Shown one piece after another: positions 48,587 through 58,272 of a DNA stretch of 64,000 nt; the first letter of the stretch is position 1, and every line of letters starts with the position of its first letter. The stretch comes from an uncultured Clostridiaceae bacterium (lineage in GTDB: Bacteria; Bacillota; Clostridia; TANB77; CAG-508), in contig CANPTO010000011.1 in the NCBI GenBank assembly GCA_947577025.1, positions 4,798-68,797 on the forward strand. The letters run 5' to 3'. Under the pieces are notes generated by a model. That model had not been told where the DNA came from. It searched no databases and saw only the letters and a program-made list of their open reading frames with translations. The translations under genes and the position numbers were made by a program.

Positions 48587-49306
48587 TTATTTTATGACTA
48601 TTGTGTGTGATGCTGAAATTGAGTTGTTGTCTTTTGATATTGCGTTTATTGTTACAGTTCCTTCTTTTAGTAGTGTTACTTTTCCATTTTCATTTACTGT
48701 TGCTAATGTTTCATCACTGCTGCTCCACATTACTCCTGTATTTTCTGTAAATTCTGGTATTACTGTTTCTGTTAATTGTATTGTTTCATTTATTCTTCCA
48801 ACACTCTGACCTGTTATTTCTATTTTTGATATTGGTATGTCTTCTATTTGTATTTTTCCTAAACTCAATGTTGTGTAAATTATTTCATTATTGTATTGTA
48901 TTCCTTTTGGATAGTATATGGTGTGTGTTTTTTCATTTATTATATATATGTCTAATAGGTTATTTATATTTTCGTTTTTATTTTCTATTTTTTGATAATC
49001 TTTTCCATAGTTTAAGCCTAGTTCTTTTAGTTCTATTAAATCAATTATATAATAATTTTCGTTGTCATTTATATTTTTGATTAACATATCTGTGTTGGTA
49101 TATTTTTTACTTATTGGCAACTTTTTGTTTGTACTATAATAGTATGATATTTCTTCTTTTAATTTTATTATATCTGTTTCTAAGTTTGTTCTATTGTTCC
49201 TTTCTACATATGTTGATACATTTGCACTTACTGTAAATGTTAATATCATTAGTATTACTATTGTAATTGTTAAGGTTAGCAATGTTATTCCTTTATTTGA
49301 TTTCAT
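48587..49306 (-). CDS. Pilin-like N-terminal module fused to a Big_2 (bacterial Ig-like) domain
   Basis: MKSNKGITLLTLTITIVILMILTF.. The C-terminus ISKIEITGQSVGRINETIQLTETVIPEFTENTGVMWSSSDETLATVNENGKVTLLKEGTVTINAIS matches the Big_2 pattern. Confidence 0.65.
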   Translation of the reverse strand: MKSNKGITLLTLTITIVILMILTFTVSANVSTYVERNNRTNLETDIIKLKEEISYYYSTNKKLPISKKYTNTDMLIKNINDNENYYIIDLIELKELGLNYGKDYQKIENKNENINNLLDIYIINEKTHTIYYPKGIQYNNEIIYTTLSLGKIQIEDIPISKIEITGQSVGRINETIQLTETVIPEFTENTGVMWSSSDETLATVNENGKVTLLKEGTVTINAISKDNNSISASHTIVIK

Positions 49307-49343
49307 AAAAAGATTTCCTTTCCATGGTTTCTTACCTTAAAAA

Positions 49344-49391
49344 GGGCTGTAAAGAAGTCTGTCTCCTTTGATAGACTTTTTTTACAGCTCC
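49344..49391 (-). terminator. Rho-independent terminator of divIVA
   Basis: In minus sense GCTGTAAAAAAAGTCTATC..GACAGACTTCTTTACAGC is followed by CCTTTTTAAGG. Confidence 0.65.
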
Positions 49392-49399
49392 TTCTATTT

Positions 49400-49855
49400 T
49401 TACATATCTTCGTTATTTATATCTTTTAATAGTTCTAGTTGAGAAATTAATAGTGCTTCCATTTTTGCTTTGTATACATCAAATTGCTTTTTGATATCTT
49501 CTAATTCCTTTTTTTTCATAAGTATCTCTTGGCTTAAGTCCTCTACTGACTTTCTTGCGTTTCCTTCTGCTTCTTTTATGATTTGCTCTGCTTGCTGTTT
49601 TGCAACATTTTTTACTTCTTCGGCGGTGTTTTGTGCCATTACTAATGTGCTTTGAAGTGTCCCTTCTATTGTTCTGTAGTGTGCTATACTTGCTTCTAAC
49701 TCTCCAACTTTTTCTTTTAGTTCGCTGTTTTCTTTATATGCTTTTTCATAGTCTACTGTTAGTTCATCTAGAAATTCATCTACTTCTTCTACACTGTAAC
49801 CATTCATCATTTGTTTTGCAAATTTTTTATTTTCAATGTCTAATGGTGTAATCAT
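49400..49855 (-). CDS. divIVA: Cell-division protein DivIVA
   Basis: MITPLDIENKKFAKQMMNGYSVEEVDEFLDELTVDYEKAYKENSELKEKV. Confidence 0.9.
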   Translation of the reverse strand: MITPLDIENKKFAKQMMNGYSVEEVDEFLDELTVDYEKAYKENSELKEKVGELEASIAHYRTIEGTLQSTLVMAQNTAEEVKNVAKQQAEQIIKEAEGNARKSVEDLSQEILMKKKELEDIKKQFDVYKAKMEALLISQLELLKDINNEDM

Positions 49856-49880
49856 ATTTATTCCTCCATTTTACCTGTTA

Positions 49881-50354
49881 CTACATTTGGGTATTTTTAA
49901 GCCATGAAACAGATAATTTATTTTTTATTTCTTCTCTCGCCATTTCATTTGTTATATCATAGTTATATGGTGCAATTAAAAATATTGAATTTGATACTTT
50001 TTGTATATGTCCATCTAATGCATGTACTGCTCCACTGATGACATCTATAATACGTCTTGCAACATCTTTATTTACATATTCCAAGTTTACTATTATACTT
50101 CTTTTTTCTTTTAGTAAATCACATATTCCCTCTGATTGCTCAAATGATGTTGGTTGTGATATTACCATTTTTATTTGATTTGTTTGTGGCATATTTACTA
50201 CTTTATTTGAACGTCTATTCCAAAAATTTCTATTTTCTTCTTCTTCTTCGTCGTCTTGTTCTATTTCATTATCATATTCTTCTTCATATTCTTCATCTTC
50301 TGCTGCGTCAACTCCAAATAAGTCTAATACTTTGTTCATTATAGCTCCTGACAT
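49881..50354 (-). CDS. sepF: Cell-division protein SepF
   Basis: Acidic linker followed by KMVISQPTSFEQSEGICDLLKEKRSIIVNLEYVNKDVARRIIDVISGAVHALDGHIQKVSNSIFLIAP. Confidence 0.88.
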   Translation of the reverse strand: MSGAIMNKVLDLFGVDAAEDEEYEEEYDNEIEQDDEEEEENRNFWNRRSNKVVNMPQTNQIKMVISQPTSFEQSEGICDLLKEKRSIIVNLEYVNKDVARRIIDVISGAVHALDGHIQKVSNSIFLIAPYNYDITNEMAREEIKNKLSVSWLKNTQM

Positions 50355-50478
50355 TTTTAACCTCCTACTATATTAGTCATTCGTTTTTACACTACAAGTA
50401 TCTAACTTTTTTATGAAATTGTCAAGAGTTTTTTCTGTTGTAATTATATTTTAATATATTTGTAATGTTTTTGTAATA

Positions 50479-51705
50479 TTAAATTTGTAATTCATCATAT
50501 AGTGATATTGTTCTTCTATTTTTTATTTTTTCTTCTTCTATTTCTTTTTCTCTTAATTCTGCTGCTGTGTAATTTTCTATTATGGAGTATTTGTCATTTT
50601 GCTTTAGTATTTTTACATATATGTTGTCTGTATATCCTACTCTTTTTCTTACTATATATGCTAGTCCTTCTTTTTCGTATTTTATTGCTACATTTGGAAT
50701 TTTTAGCCCACTTTCACTCCACCATAATATGTCAAATGATATTTTTCTGTAATTTATTAGCTCTTCTATATATTTATCTATTTTAAATACTAATAAACTT
50801 TCTTGTTCATTTTCTGCTGATATGTATTCGACCTTTGCATTTATTTCTTGTGAATTTGATAGCCTTATTTTTACTGTACTTCCTACTTTTACGTCTGCTG
50901 CATTTATGTTTTCATTTTTTAGTATACACGCTATATAACAGTAAAAATTATCTATTACTTTACCACTTTCCTCGCTCGTTGGTACTATTTGCCCTGTTTT
51001 TAGTTTTAGCTTTTCTAACATTTCTTTACTTAATGAGCCTAAATTAGCTGGTGTTAGTGTTTGCTCTAAGCTATCTACTCTATATGATACAATTCCTGTT
51101 CTTGTTGCTTTTATGTATTCTGAGCCATTATTTAGTTCATTTTCATACTTACTTCTTTCTTCTATTAGTTGTTTTAAATATGAACCTGCTGGGCTCTTTT
51201 CTCCTACTATTTTGGCTTTTTTGGTAATTGCTTGATTTAATTCATTTTTATATTCTTTTATTTTTTGCATATCATTCAATTTAGCTATTTCGTATATTTT
51301 GTTGTGTATTTGGTTATCTAATGTTTTTATATCATTTGAATATATATCATTTTCTTTGTCCATTGTTTCTCTTATTTTTACATCTAGTTCATTTATCTTT
51401 TTTTGTAGCTCTTCTTCTCCTCTTGTATAATACCTATATATTGCCTCTCCTTTGGCTACTTTTTCTCCTTCTGATTTTATTTGTGATATTCCATTTTTAT
51501 AGTTTTCACCTTTTATTACTGTTTCATCTCTTATTACATAGCCTTGTACTGTTTCTTCAAATGATATTTTCCCATTTTCTACTAAAAATGTATCTGTAGG
51601 TTTTAGTATTAAATTTACTATTTGTGTTATTAAATATATTATTATTGCTATAACTATTATTGCTGCTATAATATATTTAATGTTAAGTTTGCTTTTCTTT
51701 TTCAC
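50479..51705 (-). CDS. HlyD-family / barrel-sandwich membrane protein of the division cluster
   Basis: N-terminal TM segment, a lipoyl-like hairpin (VAKGEAIYRYY), a coiled coil and a beta-barrel region. Confidence 0.55.
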   Translation of the reverse strand: MKKKSKLNIKYIIAAIIVIAIIIYLITQIVNLILKPTDTFLVENGKISFEETVQGYVIRDETVIKGENYKNGISQIKSEGEKVAKGEAIYRYYTRGEEELQKKINELDVKIRETMDKENDIYSNDIKTLDNQIHNKIYEIAKLNDMQKIKEYKNELNQAITKKAKIVGEKSPAGSYLKQLIEERSKYENELNNGSEYIKATRTGIVSYRVDSLEQTLTPANLGSLSKEMLEKLKLKTGQIVPTSEESGKVIDNFYCYIACILKNENINAADVKVGSTVKIRLSNSQEINAKVEYISAENEQESLLVFKIDKYIEELINYRKISFDILWWSESGLKIPNVAIKYEKEGLAYIVRKRVGYTDNIYVKILKQNDKYSIIENYTAAELREKEIEEEKIKNRRTISLYDELQI

Positions 51706-51757
51706 TTTTAACTATCATTCCTTTATTACGAAAATGGCATTTATTGCTTTCTAAACT

Positions 51758-52696
51758 TTAAACTCCTTTTTCATATTCTTTAATAATTATTTCAATATTT
51801 TTTTCTAAGTCATTTAAGCCATCTAGCCATGTTATATTTTTATATTTTCTAAACCATGTTAGTTGCCTTTTTGCATATCTTCGTGTTTCCATTTTTATTT
51901 TTTCTACCATTTGCTCATATGTAGTTTCTTCATTTAAGTATTCTACTACTTCTTTATAACCTAAACCTTGCATTGCTGTAGGAAATTTGTTATATTTGCT
52001 ACATATGTTTTGTACTTCTTGTATTAGACCATTTTGTAACATTATATCTACTCTTTTGTTTATTCTATCATATAGGATTTCTCTTTCAATATTAATAGCA
52101 AATAACTTGTAGTCATATTCTGGGTCTTTTCTTGATGCTGCATCTAACTGACTTTTTGTTTTTCCTGTTTGATGGTATATTTCTAGTACTCTTAAAATTC
52201 TTTTTTTGTCATTTGGACTTATTTTTTCCATTGCTACTTTGTCTAGCTGGGTAGCTTTGTTATATAGGTATTCTAATCCTTTTTCTTGTACTTGTTTTTC
52301 TAATTCTTCTCTATATGCTAAGTCTGTTTCTATTTTTTCAAACTCTATTTCATATATTAGTGTTTCTATATAAAGTCCTGTACCTCCTATTACTATTGGT
52401 ATTTTTCCTTTATTTAAGATTTCTTTTATCGCTTGTTTTGCTTGCTTTTTGTATTCTGCAACACTAAATCTTGTTTCTGGACTTACAAAATCTAACATAT
52501 AATGTTGTATACCTTGCATTTCTTCTATATTTGGTTTTGCTGTTCCTATGTCCATGTCTTTATATATTTGCATTGAGTCTGCTGATATTATTTCTCCATT
52601 TATCTTTTTAGCAAGTTCTATTGAAAGAGCAGTTTTTCCTGAGGCTGTTGGTCCTCCTATTACTATTACTTTTTGTTTTTCCATAACTTTCTCCAC
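51758..52696 (-). CDS. miaA: tRNA dimethylallyltransferase MiaA
   Basis: VIVIGGPTASGKTALSIELAKK..ISADSMQIYKDMDIGTAKP..RRYAKRQLTWF. Confidence 0.92.
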   Translation of the reverse strand: MEKVMEKQKVIVIGGPTASGKTALSIELAKKINGEIISADSMQIYKDMDIGTAKPNIEEMQGIQHYMLDFVSPETRFSVAEYKKQAKQAIKEILNKGKIPIVIGGTGLYIETLIYEIEFEKIETDLAYREELEKQVQEKGLEYLYNKATQLDKVAMEKISPNDKKRILRVLEIYHQTGKTKSQLDAASRKDPEYDYKLFAINIEREILYDRINKRVDIMLQNGLIQEVQNICSKYNKFPTAMQGLGYKEVVEYLNEETTYEQMVEKIKMETRRYAKRQLTWFRKYKNITWLDGLNDLEKNIEIIIKEYEKGV

Positions 52697-52698
52697 TT

Positions 52699-53262
52699 TT
52701 ATTCTATTATATTTTGGGTTATTTCATTTGCTCTAATTCCGCTATCTGTATTTTCTTCTGAATTTGTAATATTTGTGTCATCTTTCATTTGTTCATTTGT
52801 AGTTGTATTTATTTCTTTATTTTGTTCTTCTTGTAAATTTTGTTGCTTTGTTTCACTTAATATTTTCATATTTTGTTTCATTTTTTTGAAGTACACACAT
52901 TCTATACCTAAAATAACTATCCCTACTATCGTTACTATTATTAATGTTTTTTTAAGTTCTTCTTGTTTTATTACTCCAAGTTTAACTTTACTATATTTTG
53001 CTGCTACAAATGGCACTAACATTATAACATTTACTGGTACAAATATAAATGTTATAAAATCTTTTGCGGCATCATTTATTCTTTTTTCTATTCCAAAACC
53101 ACTTATCCAATATATAACTGAAACTAATATATATATGGTTGCAAAACTTGCTGCTATAAATATTATCTTTTCTTTATTTGGTAGCTTTTTTACAAATTGA
53201 TATATTAATGTTATTGCTACTGCATTAGCGAAAAGTATTGCTAGCATTATAAATATGTTCAT
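52699..53262 (-). CDS. hypothetical membrane protein
   Basis: 187 aa with four or five TM helices and a polar N/E/T-rich tail. Confidence 0.5.
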   Translation of the reverse strand: MNIFIMLAILFANAVAITLIYQFVKKLPNKEKIIFIAASFATIYILVSVIYWISGFGIEKRINDAAKDFITFIFVPVNVIMLVPFVAAKYSKVKLGVIKQEELKKTLIIVTIVGIVILGIECVYFKKMKQNMKILSETKQQNLQEEQNKEINTTTNEQMKDDTNITNSEENTDSGIRANEITQNIIE

Positions 53263-53289
53263 AATTTTCTGTTCTCCTTTATTTTAATT

Positions 53290-53407
53290 AGAGGTCAGAA
53301 GTCAGGGGTCAGATTTCATAAGCATTCAAATATCTTATCTCTAATTTTTTTCATTATATATTTTAAATTTTCACTCTTTTCCTTCTGTCTTCCGACTTCC
53401 GACCTCT
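53290..53407. repeat. Inverted pair of (GRRGTYR)n heptamer blocks between mutL and the next gene
   Basis: AGAGGTCAGAAGTCAGGGGTCAGA (53290-53313) and CCTTCTGTCTTCCGACTTCCGACCTCT (53381-53407). Confidence 0.65.
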
Positions 53408-53412
53408 ATTTT

Positions 53413-55656
53413 TTATTTTCTTCTTTCAAATTTCTTTTCTATGTCTGTTTTGCTCATTCTTATTGCTGTTGGTCTTCCATGTGGACATGTGAATGGGTTT
53501 GGTAATTTTAGTAATTTTTCCATTAAGCTTTCTACTTCTTCTTTTGTTAATGCCATGTTTGCTTTCACTGCTGCTTTACATGCTACTGTTGCTATGAATT
53601 TTTCTTCTATTTCTTGTTTTGCTGTTCTTGCTACTGTATTGATTTCATCTAGTGTTTCTAAAAATAGCTCTTTTGTGTCTAGGTCTATACATATATTTGG
53701 AACTCCTTCTAATTTTATTGTGTTTTCTCCAAATTCTTGTAGTGTGAAACCTGCTTTTCTAAACATTTCCATATTTTCTTTTGCTATGTCCATTTCTTTG
53801 TGTGTTAAGTTTATTATGTCTGGTAATAACATTATTTGTGAGTCTTTTTGTGTGTCACTGTAGTAGTTTTGTTTTATTTTTTCGTACATTATTCTTTCAT
53901 GTGCTGCATGTTGGTCTATTATATATAATTCTTTATCTAATTCTACTATTATATATGTTGAAAATGCTATTCCTATATATTTATATTTTGGTGTATATTT
54001 TTCGTTTTCTTCTTTTTCGAATATTGATATTGCTTCTCCTGTTGTTACTTTTGCTTCTTCTAGTACATTTTCTTTTTCTTGTTCTTTTTTTGTTTCTTTT
54101 ATTGGCATACTACCAAATACTGATGTATACATTTCTTCAAATTTTTCTTCTGGTTGTGCTTTCATATTTTCTAGGTCTTTTGTTTTTTGTATTATTTCTT
54201 GTATGTTTACTAATTGTGTCTTTTGTAGGTCTTCTGAAGGATGGTTTTCTTTTATTTCTATATTCTCTATTTGTTGTTCTTGTTCTAATTCTACTTTCTC
54301 TGGTAATTGTTCTTTTTCTATTTCTTCTTTTTTAGTTTCTCTGATATCTATTTTTTGGATACCCTCTAATGCTTTATAGTCGTTTATATATTCTTCGTCA
54401 TCTTCTTTTATAGTGTTTACATTTTTATAATTGTTTAAACCTTTTTGCATTTTAGCCATTTGTTCTATTATACTTTGATAGCTACTTGTTTCCGCTAGTT
54501 TTCTATTTTGCGTATTTTCCTTTTGTGCATATATTTGAGCTATTATATTGTTTTGCTCATTTTCTTCGTTTTTTTCTGATTTTCTTCCAAATAGCCCACC
54601 ATTATTTTCTTCTATTATTTTTGTAGGTTCATCATTGTTATACTCTCTTTCTGGGTTTGAGACTAAGTCTCCTTTTAGCAATGTATCTTTTATTGCATGG
54701 TATACTGCTTTAAATACTTTTGCTTCTTCTTCAAACCTTACTTCTAGTTTTGCTGGATGTACATTTACATCTACCTTTTGTGGGTCTATTTCTAAGTTTA
54801 ATATTAAAAACCCAAATTTTCCAATTGTTATCATTCCTTTAAATGCTTGTTCTGCACTACTTGTTAATGTTTTATCTTTTATATATCTTTTATTTACAAA
54901 AAATAACTGATTTGATCTATTTGAACGTGATATTGTTGGTTTTCCTATCACTCCTTTTACTTTTATATTTTCATACATGTATTCTACATCTAGTATATTT
55001 TCTGCTATTTCTTTTCCATATATATTATATATTACTCCTTTTATATCTCCATTTCCTGATGTTTGTATTATTGTTTTTCCAGAGCTTATTAGTTTTACTG
55101 CTATATGTGGGTTAACTAGGGCTATTCTTGTTATTACGTCTTCTATATAGCCTCCTTCAGTAAAATCCTTTTTTAAGAATTTGTATCTTACTGGTGTATT
55201 ATAAAATAAGTTTTCTACTGTTATTGTTGTACCTTTTGGACAACCTGTTTCTTCTTGTGATATAACTTTTCCACCTTCAACTACTATTTGATAGCCTGTT
55301 TGACTTTGCTCAGTTTTTGATTTCATTTCTACTTTTGCAATTGCGGCAATACTAGCTAATGCCTCTCCTCTGAATCCCATTGATTTTACTGTTTCTAAAT
55401 CATCTGCTGACCTTATTTTACTTGTTGCATGACGTTCAAAGGCCATTTCCATATCATCTGGCACAATTCCTTTTCCGTTATCTGTTATACGTATATATGA
55501 AATTCCTCCGTTTTTTATTTCTACATTTATACTTGTTGCTCCTGCATCTATACTATTTTCTACTAGTTCTTTTACAACTGATGCAGGTCTTTCTATAACC
55601 TCACCTGCTGCGATTTTATTTATTGTTAAGTCATCTAATAATACTATGTTTCCCAC
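53413..55656 (-). CDS. mutL: DNA mismatch repair protein MutL
   Basis: INKIAAGEVIERPASVVKELVENSIDAGAT (GHKL domain) and a C-terminal dimerisation/endonuclease domain (DQHAAHERIMYE, CPHGRPT). The linker is long and E/K-rich. GTG start. Confidence 0.92.
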   Translation of the reverse strand: MGNIVLLDDLTINKIAAGEVIERPASVVKELVENSIDAGATSINVEIKNGGISYIRITDNGKGIVPDDMEMAFERHATSKIRSADDLETVKSMGFRGEALASIAAIAKVEMKSKTEQSQTGYQIVVEGGKVISQEETGCPKGTTITVENLFYNTPVRYKFLKKDFTEGGYIEDVITRIALVNPHIAVKLISSGKTIIQTSGNGDIKGVIYNIYGKEIAENILDVEYMYENIKVKGVIGKPTISRSNRSNQLFFVNKRYIKDKTLTSSAEQAFKGMITIGKFGFLILNLEIDPQKVDVNVHPAKLEVRFEEEAKVFKAVYHAIKDTLLKGDLVSNPEREYNNDEPTKIIEENNGGLFGRKSEKNEENEQNNIIAQIYAQKENTQNRKLAETSSYQSIIEQMAKMQKGLNNYKNVNTIKEDDEEYINDYKALEGIQKIDIRETKKEEIEKEQLPEKVELEQEQQIENIEIKENHPSEDLQKTQLVNIQEIIQKTKDLENMKAQPEEKFEEMYTSVFGSMPIKETKKEQEKENVLEEAKVTTGEAISIFEKEENEKYTPKYKYIGIAFSTYIIVELDKELYIIDQHAAHERIMYEKIKQNYYSDTQKDSQIMLLPDIINLTHKEMDIAKENMEMFRKAGFTLQEFGENTIKLEGVPNICIDLDTKELFLETLDEINTVARTAKQEIEEKFIATVACKAAVKANMALTKEEVESLMEKLLKLPNPFTCPHGRPTAIRMSKTDIEKKFERRK

Positions 55657-55816
55657 TTTTCTTCCTCCGTTTTTTGTTTCATTTTTTTATTGTGGTTTGA
55701 TTATATCACTAATTTGCCTATTTTGCATAGTGTTTTTTGCAATTTTTCTAATGCTAAAAGTGGTAGTAAAAAATAGCTTACTTTTTTACTACCACTTTAT
55801 TATTATATATATATCA

Positions 55817-56872
55817 TCATATTCCATAAATTCTAATTTCTTCTATTACTCTGCTACACCACCAGTTATTACTTGTACAATGTGTTAATGAGTCTACTTT
55901 TATTCTTCTTATATTTGTTACTTTATCTAACTTACATGTTATATTACGTTTTTTTCCTGCTTGACTATTTCCTAAAGAATACGATTCTTCATATATTTTT
56001 ACCCATGAATCTTCTCCCTGTTCCTTTTCTGATATATATAGTACTAATGTATTATCTGAAGTTCCATTAGTAGTTTCTCTTGTATCTATATCTATTTTAT
56101 ATATACTATGACTTTTATTATATTTATAAATGATATAAGCATTTGAAGGTTCTGAAGATACAGTTTCAGAAAGCCAGTATGTTTCTCGATCTTTGTCAAA
56201 TATATTATATGGTTTTACTCTGTAATCAGTTGCTTCCACTATTATTTGTCCTACTGAATCTTCGTTACTTGTCATTTTTGGAATCGTATCACATTTTTCA
56301 TGAAAATTACTTATTGTAGCTCCTTTTTGTATTATTTTATTTGCCCACTCTAAGTTGCCGGCTACTTTCTCTTTCATTTTTTCACTTTCTACTATTTCAC
56401 TTACTGATATTTCAGAATTTGTTAATATATCTAAAAATATATCTTCATTATTTACTATATAATTTATTGATTTATCATTTTGTAATATTGTAGTTAATAT
56501 TCCATCTTTATTGGTCGCTAAGTCTTCTACTTTATATTCTCCTTTTATCTTACATAATTCTAATATTTTTTTAAATACATCCAATTCTCCTACATATTGA
56601 TTAATTTCTTCGTCCAACTCATTTATTTGTTTTTCTTCTGATGTTTGAGAATTTACATATTTTTCTTTCGCATATTTGGCTTTACTAAATAGACCATTTT
56701 CGCCTAGCCCTAAATTTATTCCTACTGCTGCTAAGATAATTAACAATATTATTGTGATTACTAGCGATATCAATGTTATTCCTTGTATAAAATTATTTTT
56801 TGCCTTTTTTCCTAAGATACTACTTTTTTTGGCTATTCTATTTTTCTGCTTCATTAGTATTCCTCCATACAT
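55817..56872 (-). CDS. Pilin-like N-terminal module fused to an F5/8-type-C (discoidin)-like domain
   Basis: ..IQGITLISLVITIILLIILAAVGINLGLGENGLFSKAKYAKEKY.. The C-terminus YWLSE..IYKIDIDTRE..VLYISEKEQGEDSWVKIYE..RRIKVDSL..VIEEIRIYG fits the discoidin pattern. Confidence 0.6.
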   Translation of the reverse strand: MYGGILMKQKNRIAKKSSILGKKAKNNFIQGITLISLVITIILLIILAAVGINLGLGENGLFSKAKYAKEKYVNSQTSEEKQINELDEEINQYVGELDVFKKILELCKIKGEYKVEDLATNKDGILTTILQNDKSINYIVNNEDIFLDILTNSEISVSEIVESEKMKEKVAGNLEWANKIIQKGATISNFHEKCDTIPKMTSNEDSVGQIIVEATDYRVKPYNIFDKDRETYWLSETVSSEPSNAYIIYKYNKSHSIYKIDIDTRETTNGTSDNTLVLYISEKEQGEDSWVKIYEESYSLGNSQAGKKRNITCKLDKVTNIRRIKVDSLTHCTSNNWWCSRVIEEIRIYGI

Positions 56873-57052
56873 TCCTAGTATTTACTTTGTTGCTTTTTTT
56901 TAAACTTTTTTGACATCTTTTCATTTTTTTCATTATACTTTTTGCCTATTTTTTTGTCAACAGAATATAATGTTTTTATCGTATTTATTTTGAGTTCTTA
57001 TTAACATATAATTATTTTTATAATTCTAAAAATATATACCTTGCAACCCTTT

Positions 57053-57133
57053 AGGAAAGATTTGGACGCGTCCCAAATCTTTCCTAATCTTTCACCAAAT
57101 CTTTCAACTTCCGACCTCTGACTTCTGACTTCT
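57053..57133. repeat. Palindrome AGGAAAGATTTGGACGCGTCCCAAATCTTTCCT followed by a heptamer block
   Basis: 57053-57085 shares the GAAAGATTTGGGACGCG core with the hairpin at 7140..7271. 57105-57133 is CAACTTCCGACCTCTGACTTCTGACTTCT. Confidence 0.65.
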
Positions 57134-57225
57134 ATTTTTTATTTTGTAACACTTTTTCTAATTTCGAATAATATATACCATACGAAAGAACAAACAAAAA
57201 AATCTATATATAGGAGGTACTTATC

Positions 57226-57336
57226 ATGGGAAATTGTTGCTGTAATAATAGTGAAATCCTTTGGTTCATTATTCTTTTCTTATTATTATTCTGTGGCTGT
57301 GGAAGTAACAGATGTTGTGACAATGGTTGCTGCTAG
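57226..57336 (+). CDS. Tiny Cys-rich single-TM peptide (36 aa), YjcZ-like
   Basis: TAGGAGG RBS 7 nt before the ATG. MGNCCCNNSEILWFIILFLLLFCGCGSNRCCDNGCC*. It is absent from the ORF track because it is shorter than 60 aa. Confidence 0.6.
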   Translation: MGNCCCNNSEILWFIILFLLLFCGCGSNRCCDNGCC

Positions 57337-57416
57337 TTTTCCTTTTGAAACGCGTTTTTCTTTAAAAGGTACTAACTAAAAATTTAGTCCATATTTTTTG
57401 AAAGGGGGGAATTTTT

Positions 57417-57548
57417 ATGCCAGAAAATAGAGGTTGTGGATGTGGATGCAATGGTTTCGGTTTTGGTGGAGACTGCATCTGGATTATAATAGTTTTAATA
57501 TTAATATTCTGTTGTTGTGGTAACAACAATGGTTGTGGATGTTGCTAA
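57417..57548 (+). CDS. Tiny Cys/Gly-rich single-TM peptide (43 aa), paralog of the previous
   Basis: AAAGGGGGGA RBS before the ATG. MPENRGCGCGCNGFGFGGDCIWIIIVLILIFCCCGNNNGCGCC*. Confidence 0.6.
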   Translation: MPENRGCGCGCNGFGFGGDCIWIIIVLILIFCCCGNNNGCGCC

Positions 57549-57578
57549 TTTATTAGATAATAACACATAGAAAAACAA

Positions 57579-57646
57579 CTGTAAAAAAGTCCATTTGGAA
57601 AATAAGAGAAATACTTTCTCTCATTTTCTAATGAACTTTTTTACAG
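57579..57646. terminator. Bidirectional terminator hairpin with a CTGTAAAAAAG..CTTTTTTACAG clamp
   Basis: Lies between the convergent peptide ORF (end 57548) and the gene ending at 57663. It is followed by CCCTTTATTTTTA. Confidence 0.55.
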
Positions 57647-57662
57647 TCCCTTTATTTTTATA

Positions 57663-58175
57663 TCATTTTATTTTTTCTTTTAGTACCTTCAAAATATAAA
57701 AGGCTATAAAGTCTAGGTCTGTTTTATAAAATTTAGGGTTATCATTTCCCCAACACCTAATTGGTCCCCTCAAAAATTCTTTATGAGACCACTGCATGTC
57801 TTTATCTTGCCTCATAAAATGAAAATCATAATATCCTTCTTCACAAAAACAATCATAAAAGAATGCAATTTTCCATTCTTGTTTTTCAATAGATATTTGC
57901 TCTTCAAATGAGCTTTCTCTTGCATATATTCCTATTGTTTCCATATCCGCTACAAAAGCTTTCTTAGCTTCTATAATACTTTTTGCTGGGTATAAGCCAG
58001 ACATAGTTCCTAAATTATATATGTATCCTTCCATATCTTTATCTTCAAAATTTGAACCAATTGCATAACTGTAACAATTGCCCTCTCTATTATAATCCCG
58101 CCAATCAAATATTAATGGATAAGTATTTTCTAATATTGATTTCCGTATAGCCTTTATTTTCTCTTCTTTGCTCAT
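57663..58175 (-). CDS. hypothetical protein, possibly a Cys/His (papain-like) hydrolase fold
   Basis: Strong GGAGG RBS. Candidate Cys site GNCYSYAIG and candidate His site YYDFHFMRQD. It contains two in-frame CGG codons that must be read in frame (58143-58145 ATA CGG AAA, 58098-58100 TGG CGG GAT). Confidence 0.5.
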   Translation of the reverse strand: MSKEEKIKAIRKSILENTYPLIFDWRDYNREGNCYSYAIGSNFEDKDMEGYIYNLGTMSGLYPAKSIIEAKKAFVADMETIGIYARESSFEEQISIEKQEWKIAFFYDCFCEEGYYDFHFMRQDKDMQWSHKEFLRGPIRCWGNDNPKFYKTDLDFIAFYILKVLKEKIK

Positions 58176-58272
58176 TTTTTTACCTCCTAAAAATTATTTT
58201 AGAACTTTCTACATTTAATATGTAAACATTATATGTTTTTTTCATAATTTTGTCAACTTGCTAATCATCTTA

